Below, piece by piece: positions 40,754 to 55,116 of a DNA stretch of 64,000 bases (positions within the stretch are counted from its first letter, which is position 1; each line of letters starts with the position of its first letter). The DNA comes from Octopus vulgaris (lineage: Eukaryota): contig OX597828.1 in the NCBI GenBank assembly GCA_951406725.2, positions 51,770,001 through 51,834,000 on the forward strand. The letters are read 5' to 3'. The translations under genes and the position numbers were made by a program. The notes beneath the pieces are model-generated. The model did no database searches, was not told where the DNA came from, and was given only the letters and a program-made list of their open reading frames with translations.

Positions 40754-41699
40754 GGATATGAGAAGAGATGTCAGTTCCTAGTAGAAATAAACTCTTTTGG
40801 GAATTGAACATAAATCTGAATGAGAATTTGATGAAAGATTACAAGAAAAATTTGAATAAAAAATAAACATTTGGGCCGAATATATTTTCTCGAATTAATT
40901 TATTATGTTGTAAAATTCTCCTAGAGTTAGTTGCAACTCTACTGTAAATCTGCTTGCATAACATTGTATAAGGATAAGTAAAATATGGCAAAATCTTAAT
41001 ATCAGACTTGATGACAACTGTCTGTTTCTCATTGCTAATTTGTTTTAGAATTTTAGCGGCAGAAGAGGCACTGAGACTTTTCTGTAGCGGGTATTTATGC
41101 TGACCAAATATAAGCGGCCTAATGTGATCTGCAGTTAAAACAATAACAAATTCATCCCATAAGCTCATTGTTAAATCTATGATTGGTGAGAATAACTGAG
41201 CATCGTAAAAAAACTAAGATTCAACCAAATCAAAAAATGAACCCAAATACTAAGCGAACAAAGATGAACCATCCCACCTCCATTCCGCGCGCACACGCAT
41301 ACATACATTTACATATACACACATATTCACACAGAGTTGAAAGGCTGGTTGATTAATTTTTCAGCGTACAATTTTCATCATCCCACTACCAAATATGACA
41401 TCACTCCTTGTTCATCTATCATCTCTCCCTTTCTCATTCCTAAACACAACAATATTATTATTTCAGATTATGTTGGTATGAAAAAAATACAAATACCTGT
41501 ATCACCACCGGATCATTCTACACGTGTTTAATTTTTCGCGCAATTCCACCCATCCGTTTAACCGTGAATCCCATGACAAGAAAGAATCGCCCATGTCAAA
41601 TTTATATATGTATATGAATTTAGATACTATCTGTCTGTTAAAATAGGATATTTCCCTTGTCTAAGAGAAGAGAATTTTGAAACAAATGTTTTACTGTAT

Positions 41700-42270
41700 T
41701 CGGTGATAAATCTTTTGTGTATATTCTGCGCTTTGTACTGAAATTTAGTGAGTGATATTTGCTATTCAATTGACACTACTGTTATGGTTTTTGTCTGTGT
41801 TGAATTGCAAGTCCTGGCATTGTAAGTCTTTGTATTGTTTCATGAATTTGTTCAGTCTCTTGATTATTATACACAGTCGTCCAATTTTTATTGATATTAC
41901 TTTTGCTGTCCACTCCTTTTCGATCGATGTTTTTGTAGTAGGACAGATCAAGATATCTCTCTAAGTGTATATATACGTGCATATATTCTCAAACATGTCT
42001 AGTTTTGGCTCGATCTAATCATCACTTTGAACAGGTATGTCTAAAAATTACCGTAATAAGATAGCTGTCATATGCTCAAAATACACAGAAACATTTATTA
42101 TTTTATCACTTCTCGCTACTTCCAACCATCGGCATATTGCCCAGTGGACGTAGCTGCAAACGTAATCAATTCTTTGGATATATTCTGAATTTAGAAATAC
42201 AGTGCTACCAGAAATAATAAAGTTAATCATTCTGGTATAATAATTGCGCAGTTTGTAGTCGATGATAGGG
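41700..42270 (-). mobile_element. decayed R4/Dong LINE zinc knuckle and RLE region
   Basis: INFIISGSTVFLNSEYIQRIDYVCSYVHWAIC resembles the R4 HIISGC...EY..RHD...HW motif. Confidence 0.55.
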
Positions 42271-42277
42271 AGTTGTT

Positions 42278-42508
42278 TATTCTTTTACTTGTTTCAGGCA
42301 TTTGACTATGGCCAAGCTGGAGCACCACCTTTAGTCGAACAAATTGACCCCAGGACATATTCTTTGAAAGCTTATTACCGTTAACCTACGGGGGCGTTAA
42401 CACACCAACATCAGTTGTCAAGTGATCATGTTGGGGGACAAATACAGATACACACACACATACACATGTATGTATATATATATGTATATATATATATATA
42501 TGTATATA

Positions 42509-42568
<60 letters not shown>

Positions 42569-42726
42569 GGGCTCCTTTCGGTTTCTGTCTACTAAATGCA
42601 CTCACAAGGCTTTGGTCAACCCGAGGCTATAGTAGAAGACACTTGCACATGGTTCCACACAGTAGGACTGAACCTGGAACCATGTGTTTGGATAGCAAAC
42701 GTCTTAGCACACAGCCACGCCTGCGC
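42278..42726 (-). mobile_element. full-length CR1-tailed SINE with internal (TA)n
   Basis: gcgcaggcgTGGCTGTGTGctaag head, aagtgtcttctactatagcctcggg body, tail ggtggtgctccagcttggccatagtcaaatgcctgaaacaagtaaaag. Confidence 0.88.
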
Positions 42727-43495
42727 ATACTTCATTAGTCTGTTTCTATATATCCTATGTTTGTGTATGGCATTGATCTGATGTTTCCAAAATAAGACCT
42801 ATTTTTCCTATATTCTAGAACCTTTGGCACATATTCGGCTTTTCATGTGCCAGACCTCCACACTGTCTAGACAACTGGTCATTTTTTTCGTATATTTGTA
42901 AAATCTATTTTGATTTTTCTTTTGTTCAGATTTTCAGGGTTTTTTTTCTTTTTTTATTGATGTAGTTTTCTTTGAAGCATTCAGTTTTTGTTTTATTTTT
43001 TCTTTTGTATATAAAGAAATATTCATTAAGTTATTTTAGGTGTTACGTCACACGCCTCAGTTACTCATTTATTATTCTAAATATTTCCTTAGCCCTACCG
43101 TTGTTCACTCGTAGTAGTATTCCTCGTGTGTGTGTGTAATAGTAATAGCCATATCTTCTATATATCATCTTTGGTTTAGCAGGCTTCAAAACGACTTTAC
43201 AAGTTACCTAGGTTCTCTTTCAAAGCTCTTCCACTAACGTTTACTGATTACAAGTATTGAATTCTATTTCCGTTCAGGCAATTCAAAACTCTCACAACTA
43301 GAACTTTCTATGTAATTTCTCTCTATTTAGATAGAATCCAATCATTAGTGTATGGTGCTGAGTCGACTCCTACATATAGATCAGCTTTTAAATGATACTT
43401 CAAGGATACAGTTAATAGCTTTTCAATTACACTGAATGAAACGGCTTGATTTACCAGCAGTTCATGACGCATAATTCATTATATAAATAAATCAA

Positions 43496-44425
43496 GGTGG
43501 CAGAGAGAAAAGTTAGGACGCCGGGTGAAATGGTTCGCGGTATTTCGTCTGCTGTTATGTTCTGAGTTCAAATTCCGCCGAGGTCGACTTTGCCTTTCAT
43601 CCTTTCGGGGTCGATAAATAAAGTATCAGTTTCGCACTGGGGTCGATGTAATCGACTTTATCCCTTTGTCTGTCCTTGTTTGTCCCCTCTGTGTTCAGCC
43701 CCTTGTGGGTAGTAAAGAAATAGGTATTTCGTCTGTCAATACGTTCTGAGTTCAAATTCCGCCGAGGTCAACTTTGTCTTACACCCTTTCTGAGTCGATT
43801 AAATAAGTACCAGTTACGCACTTGGGTCGATATAATCGACTTAATCCGTTTGTCCCCTCTGTGTTTGGCCCCTTGTGGGTAGTAAAGAAATAGGTATTTA
43901 GTCTGCCATTACGTTCTGAGTTCAAATTCCGCCGAGGTCGACTTTGCCTTTCATCCTTTTGGGTTCGATTAAATAAGTACCAGTTACGCACTGAGGTCGA
44001 TTTAATCGACTTAATCCGTTTGTCTGTCCTTGTTTGTCCCCTCTGTGTTTAGCCTCTTGTGGGTAGTAAAGAAATAGGTATTTCGTCTGCCATTACGTTC
44101 TGAGTTCAAATTCCGCCGAGGTCGACTTTGCCTTTCATCCTTTTGGGTTCGATTAAATAAGTACCAGTTACGCACTGAGGTCGATTTAATCGACTTAATC
44201 CGTTTGTCTGTCCTTGTTTGTCCCCTCTGTGTTTAGCCTCTTGTGGGTAGTAAAGAAATAGGTATTTCGTCTGTCTTTACGTTCTGAGTTCAAGTTCCGC
44301 CCAGGTCGACTTTGCCTTTCATCCTTTCGGTATCTATAAATAACGTACCAGTTGCGTCATGGAATCGATCTAATTAACTCGCCCCTCCCCCAAAATTTCG
44401 GGCCTTGTGTCTAGAGTAGAAAGGT
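43496..44425 (+). mobile_element. tandem array of five Meta-like SINE units
   Basis: Units restart at GGTATTT at 43538, 43723, 43893, 44077 and 44261. Four carry the Tx1-type tail, the last has a different tail. Confidence 0.92.
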
Positions 44426-45801
44426 TTATTCTGATAAATCATTTACGGTATTAAATACACGCAAACACATGCACGGGTGCACACACACACACACATATAT
44501 GTATGCAAATAATATGCATGTACGTACGTACATATGTATATATGTGACTGTGTATAGGTGTGTGTGTGTGTTTTGTGTGTATGTGTGTGTGTGTGTGCCT
44601 ATGTATATTTTACGCATCAAATAAAAGAGGAATTCGTTTTACCATTAGCTATGTATGACAGAATACACTTTATGACTATAGAAAAGAAAGGTATATTTAC
44701 AACATCGTTGGGAGGTTCAAATGGGAAAGTACAGAGAAGTATAATGAATGGAAGACTATAATGGAAACCTGCAACAGAGCTACTTAATCGGGTGAACAAA
44801 AGGCATAGCAGAAAAATATCAATTGACGTTGTTGAAAGATTAACGAGTAAAAACAGAAAGGGAATCATTGATGACGGCTGCCAAAAGTTAAGAAAAAAAA
44901 TCCTAAATCTTTGTCGATGCAGAAATAGACTAAACTAGTAAAATAAGTTAGAGCTGGATTTATGGTAATGTTCACAGAATGATGACGATCATATAAGTTG
45001 AAACACTGTAGTAGTGATATTATTGCAAAGGGTAAATGATATAGGTTGGTTAGTAGCGAATATGGATTTACAATAATAGGAAACTGCACCAAAAGAATCA
45101 GAATGCGAAACGCAATGATCAAAAGGGATCAAGTCGGGGATTATTTACAACATATATTTGTAAGCATTATATCAAGACCAACATTAACCAAAGTACTTTG
45201 CATTTTCCAGTGTTAGGGTGTAATTTAAAGGGTTTGTAGTTACTCTTTCTACTCTGTATGCCGATTATATAACTCCCCTTTTCTTTTCAATTTTGTTATG
45301 AAAGTGATTCTTGCACGAGTCTTTGGTATTTATTCTTCTCTTGACCAAACAAGAGTGAATAAAAAAGCAGATGTGATGGTAATAAAGACGATGTTTTGGG
45401 ATAATGATAGAGATCTTACTCGAAGTTTAAATAACCAAACCGGGGTAAATGTTAGAGAAAAGTATAAAGCAGTCTTGGAGTGGACTGCCAAAATTGTATG
45501 GGAAACGCATATAAAATATATGTGCGTGTGTGCGTGCGCGTACGCGGGTGTGCATTAAAACTAAAATCACAAACGGGAAGAAGCTATAGTGTATGTCTCT
45601 GATACAGTATAGCCTCGTTACAAGCTTCTAGAAATAACATTTTTTGCAGGAATTTGCTTTATGTAATCTTAAGAGATGTGTTCAATGTCGAACATATGTG
45701 ATGGTCACTATCATCGACTTCGACGTATGAGTTTGAAGGAGTAGATTTACATTTTAAAAAAGCGATGGAAAAAGAAACTTTAAAAATTAAAGAAGCTGTG
45801 T

Positions 45802-46545
45802 CTATTTCTGATGGATGTGTGAGTGCAATTTGAGTCCAAGTATGGATTTTGCTATGATATCACATTTGGGACACTGGTGATTCTGATTTGCGTGGGATTA
45901 GGGCAAATGTACCTGGGTACAATTCCTTTATTCTTCTGCTTCTTCAACTCAAATTGTTTTGATGCATCACAACACATTTTATACCGTGTAGAACGAGACA
46001 GGCAATGAGTTTCACAAAATGTCAAATTAAACTATAGAGACTTTAGTGATTGCTTCAACTCATCCTTTCACCTTAGGAGGGGTCTTTTACCGTGGTATAC
46101 CTCTCTATTTGTTGGCCAGAATAAAGGATTTTCGAAATGAGATCAACATGTCATACCCATCTGCACTAAATTCTCAGCAGCTTGTTTTGGTACTGCAGAA
46201 GTCTTATTTTTCTAAAATTTTGACGTTTGATATCTTATCTTGTTGTTTTCTGTTGAAGGTATATTTTATGTCTTTCGCAGGGACTCCATTCTTGTGACCC
46301 ATAAAAAGTGTGCTCAAAATACAAGACTTTTATATATTGATTTTATTTTTCTGACTGGCACCGTGTTCTTCCCGCAAACAACGGAATGGTTTCCAAAGCA
46401 TTTATAGCTTGGATACTCTAACATTGATTTCGTCATCAAGGGTACTCCTAAATTTTAGTGTAATTCCGAGGTATTTAAATAACCTAACCCTTTCGACCGG
46501 ATTGTTTTCAATAATAACATTTGAAATTTGAGTATGCTCTACCTC
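45802..46545 (-). mobile_element. decayed RTE-clade LINE 3' end
   Basis: VERVRLFKYLGITL...LDDEINVRVSK, KSCILSTL, terminal HQCPKCDIIAKSILGLKLHSHIH. Confidence 0.75.
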
Positions 46546-46574
46546 AGGCAACATCGAAACAATGAAAATCTAGG

Positions 46575-46672
46575 TAAACTTCTGTGGAATTTGAACATGA
46601 GGCGTAAAGGCAGAATACATGCGGCTCAGCATTTTACCTGTTGTGTTAGCGATTTTGTCAGCTCATCACTCT
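46575..46672 (-). mobile_element. diverged Meta-like SINE head
   Basis: gatgagctgacaaaatcgctaac...aaatgctgagc...gttcaaattccacagaagtttac. Confidence 0.55.
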
Positions 46673-46676
46673 AATT

Positions 46677-46677
<1 letters not shown>

Positions 46678-46739
<62 letters not shown>

Positions 46740-46758
46740 GTAATAACAACAACAATAA
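46678..46758. repeat. (AAT)n microsatellite
   Basis: Directly visible. Confidence 0.95.
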
Positions 46759-47284
46759 TGTCCAAATCCGTTTCATCGATTGAGGTATAAAAGCTAGAGA
46801 GTGAGATAGAAAGTGAGGGAGAGATAAAAAGAAAGACAAAGAAAGAATAATAAAAAAGAAAAATCTATTAGGTTTCGAAATTTATAGATAGAAGAGGGAA
46901 CTACCAATGGGGCTTTTTATGTGTTGCCCTTACCATTTTGTAAATCATCTTGTCGCTGAGAACTCTAATAATAAATGTAATTATAGAATGAAAAGAGACG
47001 GGAAAAGAGGAAATGTATTATATGCTTTCTTCCTGATATGCGAAAATCGAAAAACAATGTGAAAGGAAGAAAATTAACACATAAGAGGCTAGAACAGAAA
47101 GCGAAAAAAACAAAAAAAAAAACAGCTAAAAACATCAATATTATGTAATAAAGAAAATAAATAAGAGATAACAAAGAGATAAAAGTAGCCAATAGAATAT
47201 CATCATTACCAATATTTAATAAAATCATCGGTCCAGAAGTATAAATGATACAAGATAATCTGAAATGCTTTTACTTTGAATCAG

Positions 47285-47439
47285 ACGCTCAAATTACGTT
47301 TATTGGAAACGGTGGACATAATTTCCATCAGTCGAAATGTATTTCTGCATCTGTTCTTCCATTGGAAGGTGTTAATACAATCACAGTAGGTTTAGATTAC
47401 ATTATACGAGTTTTCAGAGACTTATTACCACAAGATATC
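47285..47439 (+). CDS. candidate internal coding exon of an unidentified host gene
   Basis: ttttactttgaatcAG acceptor, GTAAGT donor, 155 nt, open frame (D)AQITFIGNGGHNFHQSKCISASVLPLEGVNTITVGLDYIIRVFRDLLPQDI. No transposon motif recognised. Confidence 0.45.
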
Positions 47440-47556
47440 GTAAGTTCTTTTGTTTTTGTTTTTTATATTTCGGGTATTTCCAGAGAATGTGAGACCAAAC
47501 TAATTTATTGTTTCACTATTCCCAAGAGGACATCTCTCTGTCTACATGTGTATATA

Positions 47557-47643
<87 letters not shown>

Positions 47644-48112
47644 ATTTATATATATTTAAGTAGGTGAATGAATTATCCTAGCATGGAAAATTCGTTTAAC
47701 CGATACATGGGTAGCAAATTCACGTCAGAAAACATGTGTCGAGAGTAAAGGAATTTTGTTAAAATCTTCGTTCGACTCCATTCTTTCATTTATTCATATA
47801 TATATGACGTCATATTTATTTCATATATAGTCATTTATAAGCATGATATAGCTATATGTAAGCGTTTGTGTATCTATATAGTCAAAGATACACACACGCA
47901 CACACATAGACACCCATAATTTGAACAATTGATAGGGTGACTGTAAGCGCGTAGATCCTGCGACAAAAGTGCAACAACGCAGTTAACTCCTAATACCCGT
48001 TAAGTGGTGACCGCGCCCTGAAATCGCTCTATTACGGACACACCAAAGACAAGGTTTGGATGCTACATTTGAAAGTCGCCTATGTGAACTTTAATTTTAA
48101 GCATAATCTATA

Positions 48113-48418
48113 TATCACGTGATCACGTGACCAACCAGACCATCAGATGTTGTTACACATCGCTGGTCACAATGCGTTCGCATTGTTTTAGCCTTCGAAC
48201 GACGCCACCCTGCTGGCTAAGCGAGCAGGCCAACAGAAGAAAGAGTGAGAGAAAGAGTGGTGAAAGAGTACAGCAGGGATCACCACCCCCTGCCGAAGCA
48301 TCGTGGAGCTTTTAGGTGTTTTCGCTCAATAAACACACACAACGCCCGGTCTGGGAATCGAAACCGCGATCCTGCGACCGCGAGTCCGCTGCCCTAACCA
48401 CTAGGCCATTGTGCCTCC
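48113..48418 (-). mobile_element. tRNA-derived SINE (OR-like head), tail type 2
   Basis: Same head as 38926 and 52347; ends ...ggtcacgtgatcacgtgata. Confidence 0.88.
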
Positions 48419-48509
48419 TATATATATATACATATATTTCGTTTTTGGATAAGGCACAAAAAGAAAATGACTCTCCTCAAACGCAACAGACTATATATAT
48501 ATATATATG

Positions 48510-49120
<611 letters not shown>

Positions 49121-49174
49121 AATAAAAAGTAAAGGAGTTAAAACGAAGGGTAAGTACAGTTAGATAGCTTCTTA

Positions 49175-49291
49175 ATCGCTACAAATGTTTCGATACTTAC
49201 ACATCCTTGTATATACAGGATTTAAAGATTAAATTAAATCATTTAATAATTTACCTGTATAAGAAGATCTATATGTATCTCCTCTGGCGAT
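49175..49291 (-). ncRNA. type I hammerhead ribozyme-like motif with extended stem II
   Basis: atcgc-CAGAGGA-gatac...gtatc-GAAAc-attt-GTA-gcgat. Stems I and II pair perfectly over 5 bp; one core substitution. Confidence 0.55.
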
Positions 49292-49456
49292 ACTCAGTTG
49301 CTGTCTCCGTAAGGAAAATCTAGATTTCCATGCTACAACATACATAAGTCTAGAATTGGCAGCATACCATAAGAGTACTACAAGCTATTTAGGAATTCTA
49401 AGGGTGAACGAACTCTATTTGTACACTTATACGTTCTTAACAGAACACGCCTCAAC

Positions 49457-49612
<156 letters not shown>

Positions 49613-49642
49613 ATATAGTATATATATGCATAAATGTACAGG

Positions 49643-49838
49643 GAGAGTTTAAGAAAAAACAAAAGACGAAGACAGGTGGTATATAAAACAAACAGATGTA
49701 TTAGTATAACGCTCAGGAATAGAGAAAATCATTTACGTTTCGAGCCTACGCTCTTCTACAGAAAGGTACACAGAAAAAACAGAGAAGCAAGGAGAGAAAA
49801 AAAATATGTGTAGTGGATAACGATATATCATGGCGGCA
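49643..49838 (-). mobile_element. Penelope-type terminal repeat, family B
   Basis: Homologous to 32417-32608. Minus strand tttCTGTAGAagagcgtaggctcGAAAcgtaaa. Confidence 0.7.
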
Positions 49839-49879
49839 TATATAGATATATACACAGATACACACACAAACACACACAC

Positions 49880-49929
<50 letters not shown>

Positions 49930-50686
49930 AGAGAGAGAGAGAGAGGGGGGGATCAACAGAAACATATATTTCTGAATACACACACACATATATGCAATAA
50001 ACCTAAGTACACGGATATATGTGTGTTTGAGTGTGCATGTGTGTGTGTGTGTGTTTGTGTGTGTGTTCAAATTCAAATCTCACCTGACGTCGAAATATTA
50101 TTATAAGAGCAATTAACAATATAAAAAGCTCAACAGAACACAGAAAAGAGAAAGGCGAATACAACGGTTTATGTTTAGTATATATTATAATCACAAACTC
50201 TTTCTTTTTTCTGTTTTATACAAAAGCATTGAAAGCAGAAAATGAAACAGTAACTGTCTCCACGCCTTGTTCATTGTAACGAAATACCCAAGACATTTTA
50301 TAAATCATTTAATAATTTCACAAATAAATCTATTTTTCTCTATTTGCATAATTATGTTCTACAGCCTAAATGAAAATATAAACGCAGATTCTGTCTGCAC
50401 TTTTATCATAATCTCTAAATAAACGTTTTCAGATTATGTGTTATGAAGTGATCGATATACCATAGGAAATTTGAGAAATTTTACTCATTAACCATACACA
50501 AACACACGCACACATACATTCACGCGCATACAAGCACACACATACACACACCAAAACACACACAAATACACACAAACGCACACAAACATATGCACACACA
50601 TGCACGCACTAGCAAGTATGTTTTATATATTTCATCTTCAAAATAATAGTTTAATTTGATTCTATTCGACACACAGACGCACGCAC

Positions 50687-50721
<35 letters not shown>

Positions 50722-51229
50722 CATACATATATATATTTATATATATATATTGTTGTCTGAAGAGAATCATACTCTCTTAATGCCTCATTATTGAACACAC
50801 CGATTCAATTTCCATTCATTTATTTTTCATATTCTTTCTTTTAAAATTTTCGTTGCGTTTGCAAACTTCTTGATGAGAGTCAACATCCGTTTACAAAATA
50901 ACGAAAGCTAAGAAAATTTTGGAAGAAAAAATATAAATAATAAATGAGGGGAAATGGAACCGGACAGTGTGTGTTAGATAATATGGCCGTAAGGTAGTAT
51001 GACTGCCCAGCAATTTACACAATCCGAATTTACACAACCAACAAGGATGGGATGAACCCAAAACAACAACACACCATGAAGTTTTGTAAAATATCATTAA
51101 CAATTAAGTGTCAACAAAAAAAAAAAACAGCTTACATACAAAACAAATATATACGAACAAAACTAAATTAATGCTACATTTGACGTGCAGTCAAAATATT
51201 TATAAAGGCAATATATATATAGTTCAGAA

Positions 51230-51440
51230 ATTCGAACTCAGAACCCTGCTTCAACTTGATTTCCCAAACTTGTATTCGCAGCTATTCATCCACAAAATTT
51301 GGTTCCACCAAAAATGGCATCACCCAAAACCTGAACTCACAAATTTGGTTTTCGAACCTTGGATTTCGAACCTTGGAATGTCATAAAATCTGTCTTCGCA
51401 AATTCGGTTTTCGAAACTTGGGTTTCGAACCTTGGACCGA
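51230..51440. repeat. cluster of short imperfect repeats (ggttttcgaaccttgg-like)
   Basis: At least four tt(t)cgaa(c/a)cttgg units at 51347-51436. Confidence 0.6.
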
Positions 51441-51999
51441 AACATAAATAAATCTAATGTCACAGCAACTATTTAAACTAAAATTTCATGGCAAAAAAAA
51501 AAAAACGGCTGCCAGACTACATCAATAACTGTAGTTAAAAATAGTCGAACAAAAAATTACTTTGCTTTAAAGTCACACAAAATTGCTTCATACAAGCATG
51601 CTGAGTAACCATTAGACAAAATTTACAGTTAGTTGTCTCATACAAAAATTGGCTACATGAAAAAATTAAATTAATACACCTACAAATTTTAACATTTATC
51701 TTAACAGAAAATAGCTAGCAAAATTGCTACACAACCTGCCACAATTGCAGCTTTCAAAATTCACATAAATATCATAACATAACATAACTTAAGAGATTTT
51801 TTTGTACTCACCCAGATGAGACACAGAAATTATTTTAAAACTAACAATCGAAAAGTACTGGCAAATTCCTGGAACATAATCTATTACTGCCTAATACCAA
51901 GCACAACGTGCATAAATTAAAGAGGCAATCATAGCTACCAACACCTAATTGAACCTAGTCTCACAGAAAAATATGTCACAAAAGACTGGGGTACAATTA

Positions 52000-52238
52000 T
52001 TTCTGCTTATAAAGGTTTGCTAAGTTCTAGCCAATTTGTTAGAGTTTCACAGTTTGGCTATTAATGCCGAGCTTCCTCCATTTTGACAATGGACTTCATC
52101 CTGACCTTGCAGTGTCTTATGAAGAACTGCCTGTTTAACGTTTAACTTAACATTATCCGATAAAAAGTTTTTATCGCTTTTAAGTTCCTAACAGTATATA
52201 CATATTGTATATATACATGTGTATATATTTATATATGT

Positions 52239-52282
<44 letters not shown>

Positions 52283-52300
52283 TATATAAACATATATATA

Positions 52301-52340
<40 letters not shown>

Positions 52341-53560
52341 TATATTGGAGGCGCAATGGCCCAGTGGTTAAGGCAGCTGACTCGCGGTCATAGGATCGCG
52401 GTTTCGATTCCCAGACCGGGCGTTGTGAGTGTTTATTGAGCGAAAACACTTAAAAGCTCCATGAGGCTCCGGCAGGGGATGGTGGTGATCCCTGCTGTAC
52501 TCTTTCACCACAACTTTCTCTCACTCTTACTTCCTGTTTCTGCTGTATCTGTATGTCAAAGGGTCAGCCTTGTCACTCTCTGTGTCACGCTGAATATCCC
52601 CGAGAACTACGTTAAGGGCGCACGTGTCTGTGGAGTGCTCAGCCATTTACACGTTAATTTCACGAGCAGGCTGTTCCGTTGATTCGGATCAACCGGCACC
52701 CTCATCGTCGTAACCGACGGAGTGCTTCCATTGGACGTATGAAAGCAGCGCCATCTTATGTGTACACGTAATTATATCTTACTGCTTTGATCACCCATGC
52801 CGAAAATATTATCCTCCAACATTTTCATGTAAAATGCCAAACTGACCTTCGTCCCTTCTTTAATGTACACCAGAGAAGATTTTCCGCAATCGGATGACAC
52901 TGCCGCCCAAACCATCTCTCTTCTTTGGCGGATATCAATCGGCGAAATACCTTACAGGCTCTTTTTTTGAAGGGTATACGTCTTTGTGGCCAAAATCCTT
53001 CCATTCTGGGAGTTCACTACAGCCTCCACGGTGAATATCATTTCGTCTGACCAAATGAAGACATTGTCACAGGCGATCTAAATCTCTTCCGCCATTTTTT
53101 GCACCTGTCCTTTTCTTTTTCTTTGGAAGATGTCAAGACTAGGTGTCGATGTTGTACTTTTAATGACTTACAATTTAAGTATTTACGAACAACGGTCGTG
53201 TGGTTGCCTGTGAGATATAGTGTATTTTTGACATTTTTCGCATGCTGCACCGGGGATTTCAAGAGACTCGCTTTCAGAATACATCCACCAATTGTTTCAT
53301 CCTTACAATTGGTGGATATAGTCCAGGAATGGGTTTGTTGTCAATAGAGTCTACTCATAACATTATAGACAGTTATGTGAACAACACCAAACCTTGAAGC
53401 CACGTCCTTGGTGCTATGGCCTGCTTATTTTTTTTTAGAATTTCATTTCGCCTCTCAGCAACCATATTGAAACGTTTAACTCCTCGAGTGTAAACAAACA
53501 ATGCAGAGTACATGAACAATTGAACGTCGAGGCGAGCATTTTAAATATTTCTGTGCAATT
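52000..53560 (-). mobile_element. decayed Tc1/mariner-superfamily transposon (DD37D/maT-like), split by (TA)n and a SINE
   Basis: IWSDEMIFTVEAVVNSQNGRI, MVWAAVSSDCGKSSLVYIKEGTKV, DGAAFI. Putative C-terminal remnant near 52050-52140. Confidence 0.7.
52347..52730 (+). mobile_element. tRNA-derived SINE (OR-like head), tail type 3
   Basis: ggaggcgcaaTGGCCCAGTGGttaaggc...GGTTTCGATTCCc; ends gtaaccgacggagtgcttcca. Confidence 0.9.
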
Positions 53561-54523
53561 TCATTCTAAATTTAATAAAGTAAACTTATTTAAAGAATCG
53601 TTCAACTATGTAAATGTGCTGTTTTACCTTCTGCATAAAAATTTGCTGATACGTTTTCTTGTCAAATATTCAAACAGAAATATTAATAAATATGGGTTTT
53701 ACAAAGATGTAAGATGTGCTCATTAGGCAGAATTGCCGCATCTTCGTTAGTGGAATTATATTATTGTTTAAATATTAAGTCATCGGTTATTTACCCTCAT
53801 TAAAATTCCAATACAGCACTGTAGGACTTTTGAGAAAATGAATGGAAATTCAAGAATATAATAACGGATTATTACACTCGAAAATTTCTATGAGAATTAA
53901 TTATTAAAGATACTGATGTGCTGCTCTTTTTCGTTGATTTGTATGCAATCTAGTAGTTAATCTAAAAACACACGTGGAAATGGCTTCCTTAAAATTACTG
54001 ACAAATCATTAGTGTTTATTAGCAAATTCTTGAAGTGCAAACGTGTTAAAACTTTTCAGATATCAATCTGAACATAGTTACCCGTAGCTGTGTCCAACAA
54101 GTACGTTCACGGGTAGGAGAGTCAAATTCGAAACAATTCAAGTCCGATTGAACCAAATTAAAGGTAGGTCATAAAATATACATACAGAATTAAGTACGTA
54201 CATACATACATACAGATACAGATATATACGTACGTTAGTGTATATACGTACGTTACCCAGCATATTATAAAAAATCTCACTTGATTCAATACAAAATTAC
54301 ACCCATCTATAAACCTACTACTTAAACAAAATATTTCCTTTATAAAAACTAAATCGAGGCGCAGCTTTCAGAATACAGGAAAATTGCTATAATTACAAAC
54401 CAAACAAGGGAGAGAATTTATGGAAATGACGACAACGGATGGAGGCAATATAAAAAGAATGAAAATTCGTTATATAAAAAAGGTGGAATTGTTAATCTGA
54501 GATCTTCACTACACACACACACA

Positions 54524-54588
<65 letters not shown>

Positions 54589-54610
54589 AAACACACACAC
54601 AGACACAGAA

Positions 54611-54712
<102 letters not shown>

Positions 54713-55047
54713 TTAGCGGCGTTAGAGGTTAAAATAACCGTCCAGGCGATAGAGGAATCCATTATATCACCGGTATATTATCTATGGTTATCCATGGGCA
54801 TATATATGCAAGCACATTATCCTCATAAATTCTAGGTAAACACAATAATAAACATCAGGTTATCAAGAATCAAAATTTAAAGCAAACAGAAAATACGAAA
54901 ATATTACTGAACAACAATTGACTTACGTTATTATTTATTAATTCAATAAAAACTGCAGCGTATTGGTATTGAATTAATAAATAATAATTGATGTAAGTCA
55001 ATTGTTGGTCATCAATATATCTCCACTTTCTCATTTCTTTAAACATA

Positions 55048-55116
<69 letters not shown>

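Noticed and set aside
43496-44425. CRISPR-like repeat array
   Set aside because: Units are 170-185-bp SINE copies with no unique spacers, in eukaryotic DNA with no cas genes.
46281-46410. Strong-looking splice acceptor tctttcgcAG
   Set aside because: It lies antisense within an RTE relic, with no good donor before stops.
52347-52420. Functional tRNA gene (also 6337, 38926, 48418, 845)
   Set aside because: A/B boxes are present but no convincing acceptor stem, and each continues into a SINE body.
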